From: Psilocybe cubensis
Taxonomy: Eukaryota
Direction of reading: 5' to 3'
Length of the DNA: 64,000 bases
Assembly: GCA_017499595.2 (NCBI GenBank)
Contig: CM039003.1
Span: 62,001-126,000, forward strand
In this document: positions 34,870-49,879 of the stretch, one piece after another
Layout of the letters: each line of letters opens with the position of its first letter
How positions within the stretch are numbered: the stretch's first letter is position 1
Notes under the pieces: generated by a model
What the model saw: only the letters and a program-made list of their open reading frames with translations
The model's database searches: none
What the model was told of the DNA's origin: nothing
Position numbers and translations under genes: made by a program

Positions 34870-36120
34870 TCATTCATGTCTTTGTTTCTTAATATATTTA
34901 TATTACATTTTCATGTTTTGAACATATAGCTTGTGCAAACGTTGACGCTTTTCGAATTTAATGAGTGGAGATGCTGCTTGATGTTACACGCATAATACAC
35001 AGTCATAGTTTGAAGCATCTGACATCGCACTTGCATCACATATCTTCCGTTTTATTCGTCCATTTCTACTCTGCAGTAACGTGTTATGTTAATTAGTATA
35101 ACGAAGGTGATGTATACCATACAATTTAACTGTGGAGGAAGTAGATGTGCATTCTAAGCCGTTCACAGCTCGATTCCTCCTTGACAGTGCCCTGAGACGC
35201 AGACAGTCTTGATCACAGCCGCAAACAAAATCTGTGTGCACTCTCCAGAATTTAAGTCGAGCCGTCTGCCAAGCATCTCATTTGTTCTGTACATGTCATC
35301 TTGCTTCAAAAGGCATTTCAAGGATCTGAATTTCCCATGATCACAGGACATTTTGATTATCTCGAAGATAACCACATTCTTATCGCACTCCGCAACATTG
35401 AACCCTTTGCGCAACGTCTATATTGCACTACCACACCACTAAAGAGTTGAACAGTGACCAGACTTATCATAATTCAGGACTTATCAACATTCAGTGGAAT
35501 TAAAGGTATTTGTGTTATAGTAAATTTTCATTGGATACTAACTACTTTTTGTATGCTGTTTGAGAGCGTCACACTCTAGGGCTGCCCCGGAGCCTCTATG
35601 ACCTGAAAGCCGATTTCTCCACCGTGCTTTCGGTGACGCGGGCGCTCTTTGATTACCAAACGCCTCTGAGAGAACCCGTCAGCCAGGCACCTCGGTGGTA
35701 CCGGCTTGATCTGCGGCCTCAGTGCGGCCCTCGATGTTTCCGCGACCCTACCTTTGCCTCTCCTTTTGTCCCGAAAGACCTCGGTCACTGGCGAGGTACT
35801 TTCCGGGTCGATTCGCGAACCTCTTCGTGGCCGTTTGACTACAGAGGCGGAATCACACCTGTGTCAGCGTACAATTCGGGTGGAATGGAATGTCAAAGGT
35901 TGTCAATATTGATCAAAGGTACGTGGTATCACATACCTATCGCTCTCTGCCGTGGATTGGTTTCTCCTCTGGGCATATCTAGAAGCGCTGGCAAGTCGCC
36001 TGATTTTGACAGTCGCAGTCAGTTGGCATGCATTTGTTCATTGGACGGTAGGATGACTCGTACCTCTTTGTCCGGGAGGGATGGTTGGCCATTCTAAAGA
36101 AATTATGCCAGACATCAGTT

Positions 36121-37300
36121 TCACTCACTGGAAATGAGAAAAGGAAATAGGTTATCATACCCTCCATCGCTTTCTACGAGCTTAGTGAGAGGCTCGACGG
36201 GGCCAACCCCGGAGCTCTCTTCGCGGTTCAAGTCCATCTGGATGGATCTTTGATAATTTATTTCTTTTTCTCTGATATAGGAGTGGAAATCGCTGGTACT
36301 ATCGCCTGAGAGGTGACTTCGACTCCCAGTGCGATAGTATGAAATCATGTGCTCAACGCCTGAAAGCGTCGGAAGCAATTGTCGTGTTCGTTTCTTATCT
36401 TCTGTGGGCACCCTAGTGTGGTTATGTGGTGCCTGTGTAGATGGATCGGTTTCGGTGAACCAGACTCCACCATGAATGAGATCGATATAACGATTTGGTT
36501 GCACATTTTCTGGCGCAGCACTCGTTGAGGACGTGGACGGATAATGCCTGAAGACGTTGATTAGTTTTTAACCCAATTCCGCGACGATAGACGCACCCAT
36601 CATCCACGTTCATTGATGGATAATTTCCAAAGTTCCCAAGAGCCAGAAATTGACGTCTGCTTGGTGACGTCTGATGGGAGGTGTGTAGACTGGTTGGACG
36701 AATTTCTGAATACGAAATCGATGGTTGAATAGCAGGGTCGGGAAAGATTGTGTATGGATTGGGACTTGACACACGTCCTTGACCTATCGTGGGGAAAAGA
36801 TCAGACGAGGAACTAAACAATGCTATTCGTCAATGCTCGGTCAGCATGAGATCGGACATAAAAAATTCAATCCTTACGATTGATGTCCTCAAAAGAATAA
36901 TGGGGAAATGGTTCTAGTGTAGGCTCCGAGGACAGTTCAAGGCTGGATGAAGAACCTGACGCTTGTTGAACATGGGAAATCGGAGACGAATGAGTGGCTG
37001 GGGTGGCAAATAGTGGGTATGAGCATCCTTCATCGGACTCGGTGGATATCGTTACTTATCATCCTCCTGTCAGCGTCGCGCGGCACAAAAAATCAGCCTC
37101 ATTTCTTACTGTTTGCGCCTTCCAGACTTGTAGAAGGATATGAATCTGATACGAAAGAAGGTTGAATGGGATCGTGGAGATTACTTGAAAACAGTGCCGC
37201 CGTGTGCTGAGAGCCGGTGGTTATATCCTGAGCGGCGGCGGTGTTGTCTGAAATGTAAGCCATGGATGATGTGTTCCCGGGTAGTATAGTATCTGAACTT
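36121..37300 (-). pseudogene. Probable decayed S/P-rich gene
   Basis: Overlapping short ORFs in shifted frames (36121-36504, 36422-36820) and stop-interrupted coding-like sequence upstream. Confidence 0.25.
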
Positions 37301-40300
37301 TCTGCAAACAGATTAAAAATCGATAAGAGATCTAGCTGAAGTACTAGTATGGAAGATGCTTGCCATTGGAGAGTCCAGAAACGAAGAGGCTCCAGTCGAG
37401 TGTGTCACAATAATCCATGATTCAAACAGGATGTACTAGTGTTTTGTTGTGCGGTAGGGCTTGGGGTAACAATGGAAGAGGGAAAGGGGGAAGGAATATT
37501 TCGACACGGTGTGAAGGCTGTATAAGATCTTGTCAAATCCTTGTGTAGAAAAAGATGTTGTAGCCTTTTAGGCAGAAAAACGTTCTGTTTCCCATGAACA
37601 CATACAATCAACGTCTTTGTGTGCTTACGGCCGCACCAATTCCCTGACGTGCCGAGTGAAATGACCTGTCAACCACCTCATGTCCTATTATCCATCACAC
37701 AAAAAGTGACTAGTGATTGGTTAATGTGTCATTTTTTCACAGGTGTATTTATAATACGAGCCACTGATTACAATGAGGTTGGTCTAGGTTCAAGCTGACT
37801 TTCTGGCCTCGGGTGTAACAGTTAGGCGGACCTTGACGACCCAGTAGTGTGGTTAAAACAAAGAGCGAGGACTCGTGTTTCTATCAGCTATCATATCACG
37901 CTACCATCCGTCTCTAGTCTAAACAGTATTGCGGTTCTGAGGGAAGGTGAGACTCGAGAGAAGCGGGAAACTAATGAGTCCGAGCCAAGGCAGCAAGAAG
38001 ACAAGTTGATTAACCAATGAGTAACCTTTTTACTTCCTACAGTTCCCTTCCGACGGCTTGTCATTTAGTGTGTGAATAATTTTATGGCTTGTCGAGAAAG
38101 ACAAGAACTTTTTTCACTATCCTAAATTCCTCTCTTGTCCAAAAGTCATGGTGGGGAGTTCTTCGTGACCAGGGAAGCCTGAAAGAAGATTGGCTTAAGT
38201 GTGCCGGGGTTGTAGTGGGTGTTGGATAGTGTCTAGTAGGACACACCGTTGCGAGACGGATCTAGTCCCTCACTGTTCCCAAAGGTTCGTGCTTAGACAT
38301 TTCCCCGGTGTGAAGCGACGCGATATGCGCCGTAATTGTATATACCGACCGACGAGACTAACTAGTGTTAGTTGTCGTCCGTCAAAAGGTACCACCAAAA
38401 AAAGAACCTTTTTCCCTATGAATACACATAATCAAATCGAAGCAACGCAGAATGAGATGTCATATCCTGATACACCAAGCACAGAAACACGCTATTGCAG
38501 CACCGGTACATACACTGCCACTCTTTTCCAGTCGCTGCGTCGAGGCCCACCGTGTTACAAAGAAAGATGCCGAAGCATGGCGGCAATTCAAGAAGTCGAT
38601 GCTGCCATGGATTTATCATACTTCACCTCAGCGCAACACACTCACAGTCCCGCCATCATAACGAACCTGAGTTCTCTGAGTGCGATGTGTGAGCTCCACT
38701 CGCCGTTGTTGGCGATTGTATGCATACCGATACATTACTGGCCACAAGAAACCCAAGTGACGTTGAAGGCGACAGAGCAAAGCACCCGATTACGGGGTTC
38801 GCATATGTGGCGGACACACGAAACAAAAAGTAACACGAGATGAAAGGGGCCGTACAACGGCTCAGACGTCGAGAACAGGGTGCACCGTAACATCAAGCTG
38901 TTGTTGCACCGTTTTGAAACTTGAACGCCACGAAATGCCAAGTTCTGTCCGGCATTTGACATCTTAAAGCCGCAGGATAGATTCCTACGTCTTTTCCAAC
39001 GCGTCATAGACGGACTTCATAAGGCGGCACAAAAGCATGAACACGCGTTCAAATGAATCGGAGACACTCCTGACTCCGCGTCCTCCCGGCGTTCGCTTCT
39101 TGCTTGTTCGTGGACTGGAGTGGCATTATGTTGAATGTACCTGGATTTAATGGGCATCATCCCTGGAAATGTTAGCGGTGGTACACTGGATGTAAAATGG
39201 TGGAAGAGGGATCAAAACGGCTGTAAAACCACTTACTTTCAACGACCCCTTTGCTATATTTCCACACCTCCACGCACACTGTACTTGCTACCCACACACA
39301 AATCATCATCACATACCTCAGTGCCTTCCTTCGACAGTAGCTGCGATCGGTCCGTTGATACTCAAGAGCTTCTACCTCGGCTTCATGTCGTCGACAACGA
39401 CATGAAGCCGAGCTGTCGTTGACTGTGCGACTGGACGAGGCGGCAATGTTGCTTTTGTATGGTCTTGTTGTTGACAGCCGAATGTCGCCGCAAGACGGGA
39501 ACGGCCGGGAACATGATTCAGGGGGCTGCAGCATCTTGGCTCCGCAATGTAATGGTTGCAAAAGTACCCACCCTGCGATGTCGTGTAATAAAATATCTGG
39601 TCCATTTGAGTGATTAGTAAAATAACTGCCCACATGGCAAATTGTCGGCATATTTCTCCCAATTTTACACGATGTAGCGAAAAACAAAAAGTTTGGATTG
39701 AGAGCCACCATATGGAGCTTGTGAGATTCATCGATAAGAGTCCCATTGTTCTCTGTGTGCAGAGATTACAGCTACCCGAAGTCCTCATATATTGTGCAGT
39801 CCTGCGCAACACGATAATCGACGCCTCTTTGAGATATTGTCAAGCTTACAAGTGAGTAGGATGGTTTATCAGATATCGCAAACGCAGTTAGACCTATCAC
39901 ACTATTACAGAAATGGCCGGCACTTCATTGTCAAGCACTGTCATTACTTTATCACCGTCACGACTATTTCCATCGCCAATTTTTGTGGTTTGCAATGTTA
40001 TCAAATACTCCAACGAGTACTTCAATCCAACATCAAGCATCAACGCATCCCTTCGTCACAACGAGCAAGAGGGGGGAAAGTAAACTTCAACGTGATACAT
40101 CCATCTTCAAGGAGTGCATGGTACTGCTCCAGGCTCAATATGAGATCCTGTAGAGACAATATCTTCACCTCGACATACCCGAATGAGGATAGAAGGTACG
40201 CAGTCCCTCTCCCCCCTCTCTTTTGTTCCAACGAGCTGGTAGTAACTGTTCAATCTCTGAAAAAAATCAGGTCGCGTGCCACCGACGCGGTAGGGGGTGA

Positions 40301-43300
40301 TTTAGAGGTGGAGAGGTACGATTGTTAGTAACATTTTATCTGGAATGAAAACTCACCAAGAGTGCGTCTTTTTGCAGAGGGTTGACGGCGAAAGATCATC
40401 CAATAATGCCATCCCCTCACACCTTTATTTAATCCAGAAAATCCATGTGCGCACTAACTCCATCATGCCGTCGCCATGTTTTCACTAAACACCAACTCAT
40501 GTATAGCTTGTTGGGTGGTTCATATTCAGCTGGACATCCATTGGGCAAGTGCTATGATCTGGGTGTGCTGGTTCTGCAGAAGATATGCATCATCATACAC
40601 CATAGAGTACATCATCGACGACAATACAATGTTTTTTTATCTCTTTCATCTCGCTTCCTTTAAGATGTTATCTGAAATTCCTCCCACCCGGTTAGTGATG
40701 GGTAATTGTGATCTTTCAACGAGAATCACATGGTTTTCCTAAAGAATCCTCGCATCATTCAAGTTTATGAGTGTCTAAATATCACAAAGTAACCCAGAGA
40801 GTGGGTGGTACCCCTCAATGCCGATGTTGAGTCTCACGTTCCTAGAGATATACATAGCTGCCTTCCTGATACCCTTGACAAATATATCGATGAATATGCC
40901 TCTCTGACCTGACTGAGTAATGTAGTCACTAATGAACATTATAATGCCCATCATGTCCAACATATCTTATTATACATTAACTTTGAATACTCTATATCCT
41001 TCAATATACATTCAAACGGCACAGTCAAACATCACTGTGAATTAAAGGGGATGTCATCACGGGCAACCATATTGTTAGGAGGTCGTTGGGCGTACAGGAG
41101 CTGACTTTTAAGGTTGAGTCAGCGGGTATACAAGAATGTATAGATAGGATAGAATATATACCCGAATCCACGGAGCTCAATGTTTACGTCTTTATTCAAC
41201 TCACGGCCTCCATGACCCGGTGAGAGGTTTGACGGAGCCGTGCATAGCCTCAAACATCGAGCTAATGCCACCTTTGCCCCAGGGACAGTTGCTGCTCAAA
41301 AACATAAATTAGTTAGCATCGGATACGTTTATGTAGTGGAGTAAAACGTACCACTAAGCTTCATGGTGATAGAAGCGAGGTGAGAGAGTGTAGCGATAGA
41401 CAGATAAGTGATATTGCTCGAGCTTGAGTGAGTCGAGCCATGGTGTGTAACGTTGATTGGATAGTTCTATGCCACAGAAGAGGGTTTACCAGCTTCAACG
41501 TTAGCATCGTTCGCGGAATTGAGTGCTGGAATTTGACTCGGGATTTCAGTATCTATAGTTAACACAACAACAAAGTCCCTTTGTCGGTAATGGCGGCAAA
41601 GGATGCTTTGTGATGAGCCACACATACTCATTGTTCCTTGATTGTACAAACTTATTGAAGCACTACAAAGAATTTCACTGGGTCTCAGCCTTCCGTATAG
41701 CGATATGTCATTCTCGGATTTACTCTAAAAGCTACTGGGCTCACCGTCGTGCCCCTTAATGCTCTTTATTTCTTTGACAGACGAAACAATCAAAACTATT
41801 TCTCACAAAGAGCCGTTTTGTATGAAACCACAAATACTATCACAATCTTTTGTGCTGATTGACAAACCCATATTATGCCATCGTCTTTTGCCTCGCTTGC
41901 GTCGATGACTCGTGGGGAAGACCACGCGGTTTTCGATCTCCGCTTGAAGACCCTTTGTCGGGCGCTCAACCAATCCCACGACATCCGTGTTTGCTGTTCT
42001 CTGGCCAAGATATCTCAAGCTCGTGCCGTAGAACATGATGGAAGGTGACAGGAACTCTCAAAGGTGTGTTTCCGTACTTTACCGGAATCTCGGACCCCCC
42101 GTGATGATTCGAATGTTGGAATTCGCTGTCTTTCCGCTTTCCCCCTTCCGACCTCACCCACCGTTGTTCATTCGTCTATCTATTCAAGCGTAGAAAGTTG
42201 AAGATTATGGCACTTGAGACCAGCTCCACAGCCCTCCACTATCTAGTAACCAAACCAAACAAGAGACTTTGCTCTTCGTAAGTGCCTCCCACTCGAATGT
42301 ATACGTCTGGAACTGACAGAAGCAGAATTGACCGATCCCTCTGTCTCCCCTCAATAACCCCTCCACAAGATTCCCATCTCACCTGTGCACCATTTGGTAA
42401 GCCTCGCATGGCACCGTTTCATCTTCCCGTCGATGCGGCTTCATTCACGCTCGGACCAATGTATATCAACGCACCGCCTCCCGCTTCCAGGTCTCTTTGC
42501 GTCGTACAGGGTGCTAGCCAACATGGGACCCGGTCCACGAGCTCGAAGTCGGTCCATTGTCGTCTTGCACGCCGGCCTCGACATCTCAGAAGTCATCGAG
42601 AAGTCCCCGCAAACCACGGTGATTTCATGTGTCATTCCGTAGGTGAAGGAACATATGCAGTAGGGTTGTGATTGAGGTCAAGCAAACGACGAAATATGGG
42701 CGGTGCAGGGGTGATGAGTCCTAGGCGCGGGGACCCTATCAAAGCACAGTGAGTCTTTCACATAAACCCACCTGATTCTCATTCCCCTGTCCCTCTATCC
42801 CTGCTTCCGCTCGGCATCAAAGTCCTCAATTTCTGGATGGATATCGCATTGGCTTGCCCATTCGAAATTCGGTTCCTACGTGCAACAGGCTCCCTGATCC
42901 TTCATGGACGAGACCAGTGACCCATCCCGTTCCCGGGCACGCTCTTACAATCATCCATGCTGATCCCAAACACCTTCAATTTATGCAGGTATATTTTGGG
43001 ATTAGCTTGGGGAAAAACGAACTCTCGGGAACGGGATATTGACACTTCTCAGTCAACCTCCTTACCGCACCTATTTCCGACCGGGTAAAAGACCATAGTG
43101 GTATTGGGTACACACTGAAACGCACGTATATGCGTTTGAAATCCATGCGTATACTATGACTTGAAGCCTTCACATTTACTCACACCATTGGAAACGGCGC
43201 GCGTGCAACGGTGCGTTGAATCTCTGCTCGTGTTCGATATTTAGCGCTTCCCCGATGTTACAACTCATGCATCATCACGTCCAATTCACACCCTCCAACC

Positions 43301-44034
43301 TTCGCTAGTCCCGTTGATGCAGAGATATATTCTCCATTGGCAGTGCTAATACAATTCTGCCCATGTTCCATTGCTAATACCGAATAGAGAGAAGACCTTC
43401 TGATTCAATGTATAGCAAATTCCATGAAATCTAACCTTAGATCCGCTCCGTGGTTTTATCATATTCTGATTGTGATAAACACCCAGAATGTGTTTATTGC
43501 ACGGTATCATTTTCCGCCTCTGCGCCATCAGTACTACAGCTACGTAAAACGAACATGTACTATTCAGAGTTAGATAAATGCAAAGTCAACTATCGGACAA
43601 TGGAGTCAAAGTTCCCTCGAGGTATTACATATATGCCGTATGTAGGAAATGTTTATAAATAAATGATCACCTATCGAACGTCCGGTCTTCCAACGCTCTG
43701 GCAAGATGAACTAGAATTAAAGTTTAAGCCTTGTTCTTCTCACGACTGAGAACTATGACTCGCAGGTAATGAGTTCTCCAGTCTGGTGCCCAAGGACAAC
43801 ACGTAACCACAGGCGTTCTGAATTCCCCGGCGGTAAATATATCATTATGAATGAGCATAGTAGTGAAATGTGCGTATTTACAAATCTGAAAGCCTATTTA
43901 TATATGCGATTGTGCAACGAGGTAAATGGAGGCTGTCATATCCAGTATCCTATATAACGAGACCAATTTCAACGAGTAATAACAGGCAGTACCCGCCTTT
44001 TCCAATACCGACTCATCAACGCATCCATACCGCC

Positions 44035-45038
44035 ATGTTTGGGAGCCCAAAAACACTCACATTCCACTACGATCAATTGGGCATAGATGCCGATATATTG
44101 ATCATGTTTGAACCGACCCATGAGCAAGCCTTGTACAAGTCTTTATTTCCAGTGACCTGGAGTAGGTTCTGTATGCTGTTGGTATATATCTGTTTCTGAT
44201 AATCTCCCTGCAGAGGCTCTCTCTTTTCCAGGGACTAGATCAGGCAGAGCCACTGTCCAATACACTGGAGATACTGCCTTGCTAGTTCCGCAGGTGCGTT
44301 TGAACGTGCTATTCTTGTAAACGTCTTCCGCCGTTGACATTGGCACCAAAGACAGACAGAGAGGGCATGATTGTTTCTACAAACGCACAACACTGCCACG
44401 TACATATTCAATAGTTAACGTTGTGGCCTACCGTCGTTACTGAATTGTATCGCAGATCGGCCAAAAATGCGTCATGGAGACCGATAGTCATGGCAAAAAT
44501 TTCCTCACCTCTGCAGAAAGTGGAATACCCGGGAATATTCAATGCCAGGTCAATACCAGCAACGCATCAGATGTCGGATTTGTAAGAGATTACACATTCC
44601 TTCAATAGCGAATCTTGTGTGTGCTAATGCTTCTACGATAGGGTGTCTTTAACGGGAATAAAGATGATGTTGAGGCGATCATAAAGTGGGATAAAGTCAG
44701 GTAGGTACAACTTCTACTGAAGCTATATGAATCTTCCTTTGATTGTTGACATGTATTTCTACATCGCTTTCAGCGTTGGAAACACCATCTCTGTTCCTTT
44801 GAACTTCAACTTGAAGATCTATACCAACTTCGGATATCAACGTCCGTTAAGATGCGATACCAACATTGCTAATCTGGCTCACCACCCCTCTGCCGTTGTT
44901 AATGTAGAAGGACAAGTCATTCAAGATGTGATGGGACTGCCTCTCGTGTTCTCCAAGGACATCAACGCTCTGACAGAATCATCCGACTGGGCTGTATCCA
45001 TCGACCTGTCTAACAGCGTCCACATTACCCCTATTTAG
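44035..45038 (+). CDS. Multi-exon hypothetical beta-rich protein
   Basis: ATG in CCGCCATG context and several GT-AG introns; exons MFGSPKTLTFHY..., ATVQYTGDTALLVPQ, IGQKCVM..., VGNTISVPLNFNLKIY, ...SVHITPI-stop. Integrity of every junction not confirmed. Confidence 0.6.
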
Positions 45039-45433
45039 ATGGTGTTTATGTGGCATTATCGATGGCTCAACGCCGGGATGTTCGTCCTGGGATGCATCTT
45101 TGTTCCTCCATATCAAAAATACCATGTTCACTCTTTGAAAATATACAATCTTGCACGTAGCAATGGCCATCAGAAGCCAATTATATTCCACGATACAGCT
45201 TACTTGTAGATTTGAGCAAAATGCGTGCAATGTAAATTTAATTTGGTGATAGAGGTTTGTTCTTCATTTCTTTCAGAGAGTGCATGCGAAGATTAAAGTG
45301 CTTTGGAGACATCGAGGAAACGCAACGTGCAAGTCAGATTGTCCGTATACAACTGTTCGCCAGAAAGTCCCACTGAAGCAGATCACGGAACAGACCTTGC
45401 TGATCCTGTCCCCTTGGGGGAGCTTGGCACGTA

Positions 45434-46816
45434 CGGGGACGGTGAGCAAAGTAACTTATTCGAGTAACTTGGCTAACTTGTCACCCGCCAAGTTAGACAC
45501 GGTAACTTGCGGTAACTATTCTCACGCTTGTGCGCCACTAACTTGTAACTTGCGGGAGTCACGTGTTCTTCACCAAACGGTTCAAGCCTTGCATCGTCAA
45601 AGTCATTTTTTCTGCCACAAAGGGCCATACAACACTGAAGATTAATTTTCCACAATATTAGATTACAGTATCAATAAAAAAGTAGCTTTGTTGAGTATGT
45701 ATATGCATGCGTGCAGTTTGTGCGCAATGAATGTTTCCTCTTGCATATGCGTGAGAACAATGCCTCGGAGAGTGGTCAATACTATCTAGTTTCCTGCCTT
45801 TATGTCGTTATGTGAGTCCTATGTATAATCAATTAGATAGATACTTGTATGCTATATACAACATCAGAAATAACTGCATAATGTAATATTCTCTGTCTCT
45901 GAAATTGAAATAAGGCTACTATCCTACTTCTTAGTTCTCTTGCTCCTTCTTTTCTCACTCTTGTCCACCACTACCCTAGCCCTGTTTTCCTGCTTGGTTG
46001 GGGCTAACTGCATGACCTAAGTCCCTTACCAGCGCACATTTCAGTCTGAATTGGAGAATACAAAGTAGTCTGATAATAAACCTTGTGTAATCTGACCTCT
46101 ACTTGTACCACCTTTGATTGTGCTTGTTTTTTGTGCCAGAAAATTGAACCAGAAACTCATGTCCGGCAATACCTACTTTGTACTGCATTGGGATTATACC
46201 CCACCAGAATTGGTGGACTAGGATAATAGACCTGGTTTCCATAAGGTCCAATACACCAGATGTAAAGAATATTGTTATGCATTATTTGGTGAGGGTTTTG
46301 GAGTTTTTTTCGGCTGAAAGAGACCAAAAAAAAATCCTTTACACGCTAAAGCTTGGTTAAATAACTGAGGGAGCAAAGATCTCCAATTAACGAGATGCAT
46401 TTAAGTGATCCGTACCCCTCTCTTGTGGATATCAATGCAAATTGGCTTGGACAAGATTGAATTTGTTGCCTCAATCTATATAACCACTTTAAAGAACACC
46501 TTAAAAGTATAAAGTAGCAGTATTAGATTAATTCTGAATATATTTGACCATATCGTGTACCGTATTCCATGATTTAACTTCGTTAGCACTCATCTCGGTT
46601 GACAATTCCCACGAAGTGAGCTTGCTAGGGTTAGAGTTAGGGTTAAAATGCTGAACTTTAGGGTTAAAATGTTGAGCTCACGTGCTCTGATCAAGTTAAC
46701 TTATTTCACACTCCGCTAACTTTGCGGCGACAAAGTAACTTGCCCTAACAAAAGTTAGAATAAGTTACTTTTGTCACAGCAAGTTAGGTGGCGCAAGTTA
46801 CTTTGTCAACCACCCG
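45434..46816. mobile_element. Non-autonomous TIR DNA element flanked by TA, with dense subterminal repeats
   Basis: TA|CGGGGACGGTGAGCAAAGTAACTT ... AAGTTACTTTGTCAACCACCCG|TA imperfect inverted ends; many (G/C)TAACTT / AAGTTA motifs at both ends; AT-rich interior. Confidence 0.65.
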
Positions 46817-48560
46817 TACGGGCCTACAGCCTTGATCCGTGTAGTACGCGTGCAATCAACCATCTAATCATTAATCAACGATGCAATAGACGGTGTTCTG
46901 ATTAGATGCGTGGTTCTAAAAATAATGGAAGGCCTTGGCTAGAAATCCGCACCAGTGACAGCTTCCACCCGTTCTGCCATACTCCATTCGTAAAATGACG
47001 AGTGATGCTTAGGCAGCAGCACCACAAGTTTGTAATTCTGCTGCCTGTCCGAACACAGCAGTGGCACTCAAACCGGTAAGGTAAAAGAACCAATTAAGAA
47101 ACAATATGTTTCTTAATCACGGACAGTATATATACAGCAGAAACGGTAGAGTAGTAAGGCAGCAAAGTATTAATGAACGATCCTCCTGATGATTGTCTCG
47201 TGCAGACCGTTGAAGAACTCGCTATGCAAGAGGGGATGTGTCCGTCCATCTGCAGAGCTCTGAAGCATGAGAGGGAGAATACCAAAACTAAAATTTGTTT
47301 GGCCCATCCAAGAGCTATAATTATGACATGGACTGGTTTGGTGTTCCAGAATAACATACCTTGAAGTTATAACCCATGAGCTAACTGTTGATCATCATTA
47401 TACATGTGAGTATGTGCTCGTCCAAAGAACTGAACCAGAATCTTACAGGAGATCCATGATTCTTCCAACACCAACGGAGGACAACGTAACTCTGCAAATG
47501 AAAGCCGATGATTATTGTCATTGCACATGCATTTCGATTCTTGGCCTCACAAGGTCTCGGGCTTCAGTGCATGATCTGGGTCATCGTCGGAGTAGGTCAG
47601 AGTCTCGATGACTACTGCGCGCAGCATGTTCCAAACACACTCCCGTCTCTATAAACCTCTGGCGTTTAATCCCCTTCCCGTTCAGCCCGACTTGTACATC
47701 TTCCTTTATTTCAAATATTGATTGCTTTGGAACTTGGAAGTCGCAGAGTACCGCTGCAGTCTACGGTATCAAGTTTGGTAGTTGAAAAAAACCTGCGAAA
47801 TATTGGTAGAATAATGTATCTGTAATCATTAAGTTATAGATGTCTGCGCAGTTTAATTATGTGTATAACTTGAACGTTATGACATTTACCGTCAAAATAT
47901 ATTGCTAGTTATTTCTCCGTATTGACAATAATCTAATTCCTAATCATTTTCATCCAAGATATGCCAAGCTCTACCAAGTCTTTTGTTGACCTCGGTTCGG
48001 AAATTGCCCAACGCCCACCACCGAAGCATTACTTGAGGAAAACGTGGGGAAATGAGAAGTAATGCAAGAGCGATACATCAGGGATTTTGGTCCAGAAATG
48101 GAATCATACAGTTACATTGCTCTCAATCAATTCAGGTTTAGACATTCGTGCCATAGAAGTGTATAACACAATGCCATACAAGAGAGGACGAAGGATAGAT
48201 AACATGTCATTCAATTTTTGTAATATACCAGTTCGTTTCCGTCTGGTCAAAATAAGGACCTCGAAGGAGTCATCACGAACTGCGTAAAGGAGAGCTTCCA
48301 CTCGGTTACGTTAAATCATTCCGTATGATACGGAGTACTGACCGTGCAACCAGAAATCATTGACCTTTGTGCTCTCCAGATTGCAAAGGTATACACCCCA
48401 AAAAATCGTATAAATACGAGGCCATCTACACCTTCATCTCTCAGCTCCTCTTTCAACAGTCAAACAGGTTTGTACTCATCTTTATTTTGCGATACATAAG
48501 TAAAATTACTCATACGACAGTACCGTTTGACGCGCAGAAGCTATTCAGAAACAAACCACA

Positions 48561-48951
48561 ATGAAGTTCACCGCCGTCCTCACCTCTGTCCTCGCCTCTG
48601 CGTCTGTCGCCATGTCCGCCACCATTGTCGGCTTTGCTGGTGCTGACTGCACTGGTGCGAGGGTTACCACCAACAACATTAACAGCCGTGTATGCCTGTC
48701 CCTCGGGAGCGGCTCTGTCAAGTCGATTAGCTACTCGGGCGTCGGAAGCTCGATCCAATTTTACGTCTCTGGCGGCGCACATGATTCGTGCACCAATGGT
48801 TCCCAGCTCACTCGTGGTGCTGGATCTGGCTGTGCCACAGCTCCTGCAGGGTAAGCAACTACTGCTCGAGATTTATATCCTTGTTATTAATTTGGTTTCC
48901 CGTTTTTTGTATATCCGCAGATTTAACTGGCAGAGCGTTGCTGTCGTTTAA
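48561..48951 (+). CDS. Small secreted cysteine-containing protein (about 106 aa, 2 exons)
   Basis: Signal-peptide-like MKFTAVLTSVLASASVAMSA; 4 Cys; G/S-rich; intron 48851-48920 gives ...APAGFNWQSVAVV-stop; TATAAA at about 48409. Confidence 0.88.
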
Positions 48952-49879
48952 GCCATCTACGTAAAATTATTGCGGTCCAGGGTTTGTACATTGATACGCA
49001 TAGTGTACAAGGATTCGTCAAAGTCCAATCCAATCATTTGACCTGTATTATGGTGTCCTTTAACTCGGTACCCCTTAGTTGTGCTCTGGTATTCTTTCGT
49101 TTTTGTTGACTTTGTGAACGGTGGGATTGGCCATCTCTACTCGAAGAAACGGCCAGTTGCCGATTTCATGAATCACATCGCTGTTTAGTTCACACGAAGA
49201 AGTTGCGAATAAGATACTATGGAATGGACTGTCTCTTCCATTTTCTTCCTCTTGAGCTAAGTAACATGTGTTCGCATCTAGGGTACCACACCTTCTCCGG
49301 GTCTCCCTTTCACTCCCTTGCATTTAGTATGCAATGTGTTTCTTGTCTGAATGGTGAAGAATTCACATCTCGTAAACTCTCTTCGTCCTCGTATGTCACC
49401 TCAGTGCATGACAGCCAGCTTGTATTCGGTAACGTCGGGCACAGGATTGTCAAGAAGCCGCTGAGCAAGGAACAACATTTCACGCTCTCTGTTTTTTCTA
49501 TAGAAAATATTGCAAAATATCTAGTAGGGAATGCTATACAACTACGTGCAGCGGTTGGCCCGCTGTCGTTCCTCTACCGGAATGCTTGGGTACAATGTTA
49601 AGGCGTAGATGATCTAGCCACTATTCGGACACGCTACAGCCCTCTGTCAAGGAAGCTATATGCAAATTATACCAAACACTATTCGGACCAGTCGACGCGG
49701 ACCTTGCAGTAGGTTCCGATGTCATAACCCATGCAATGATGAATGCCGTGAGTCCTCAGTTACAATAAGTTCAGGAAAAGTTAAAGTTGTATAAAGAGTG
49801 TTGCATCTCAGAATCCCTTGATCCAACAACACTACTACTACCATCTTCATAGCACCATCATATTTTACTTGCCTTCGAA

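Noticed and set aside
35100-43900. Numerous short ORFs suggesting genes
   Set aside because: Fragmentary and stop-ridden with no motif I can identify; probably decayed genes or TE remnants, left mostly uncalled.
46625-46665. Telomere
   Set aside because: Only a few imperfect, interspersed TTAGGG units inside a TIR element.
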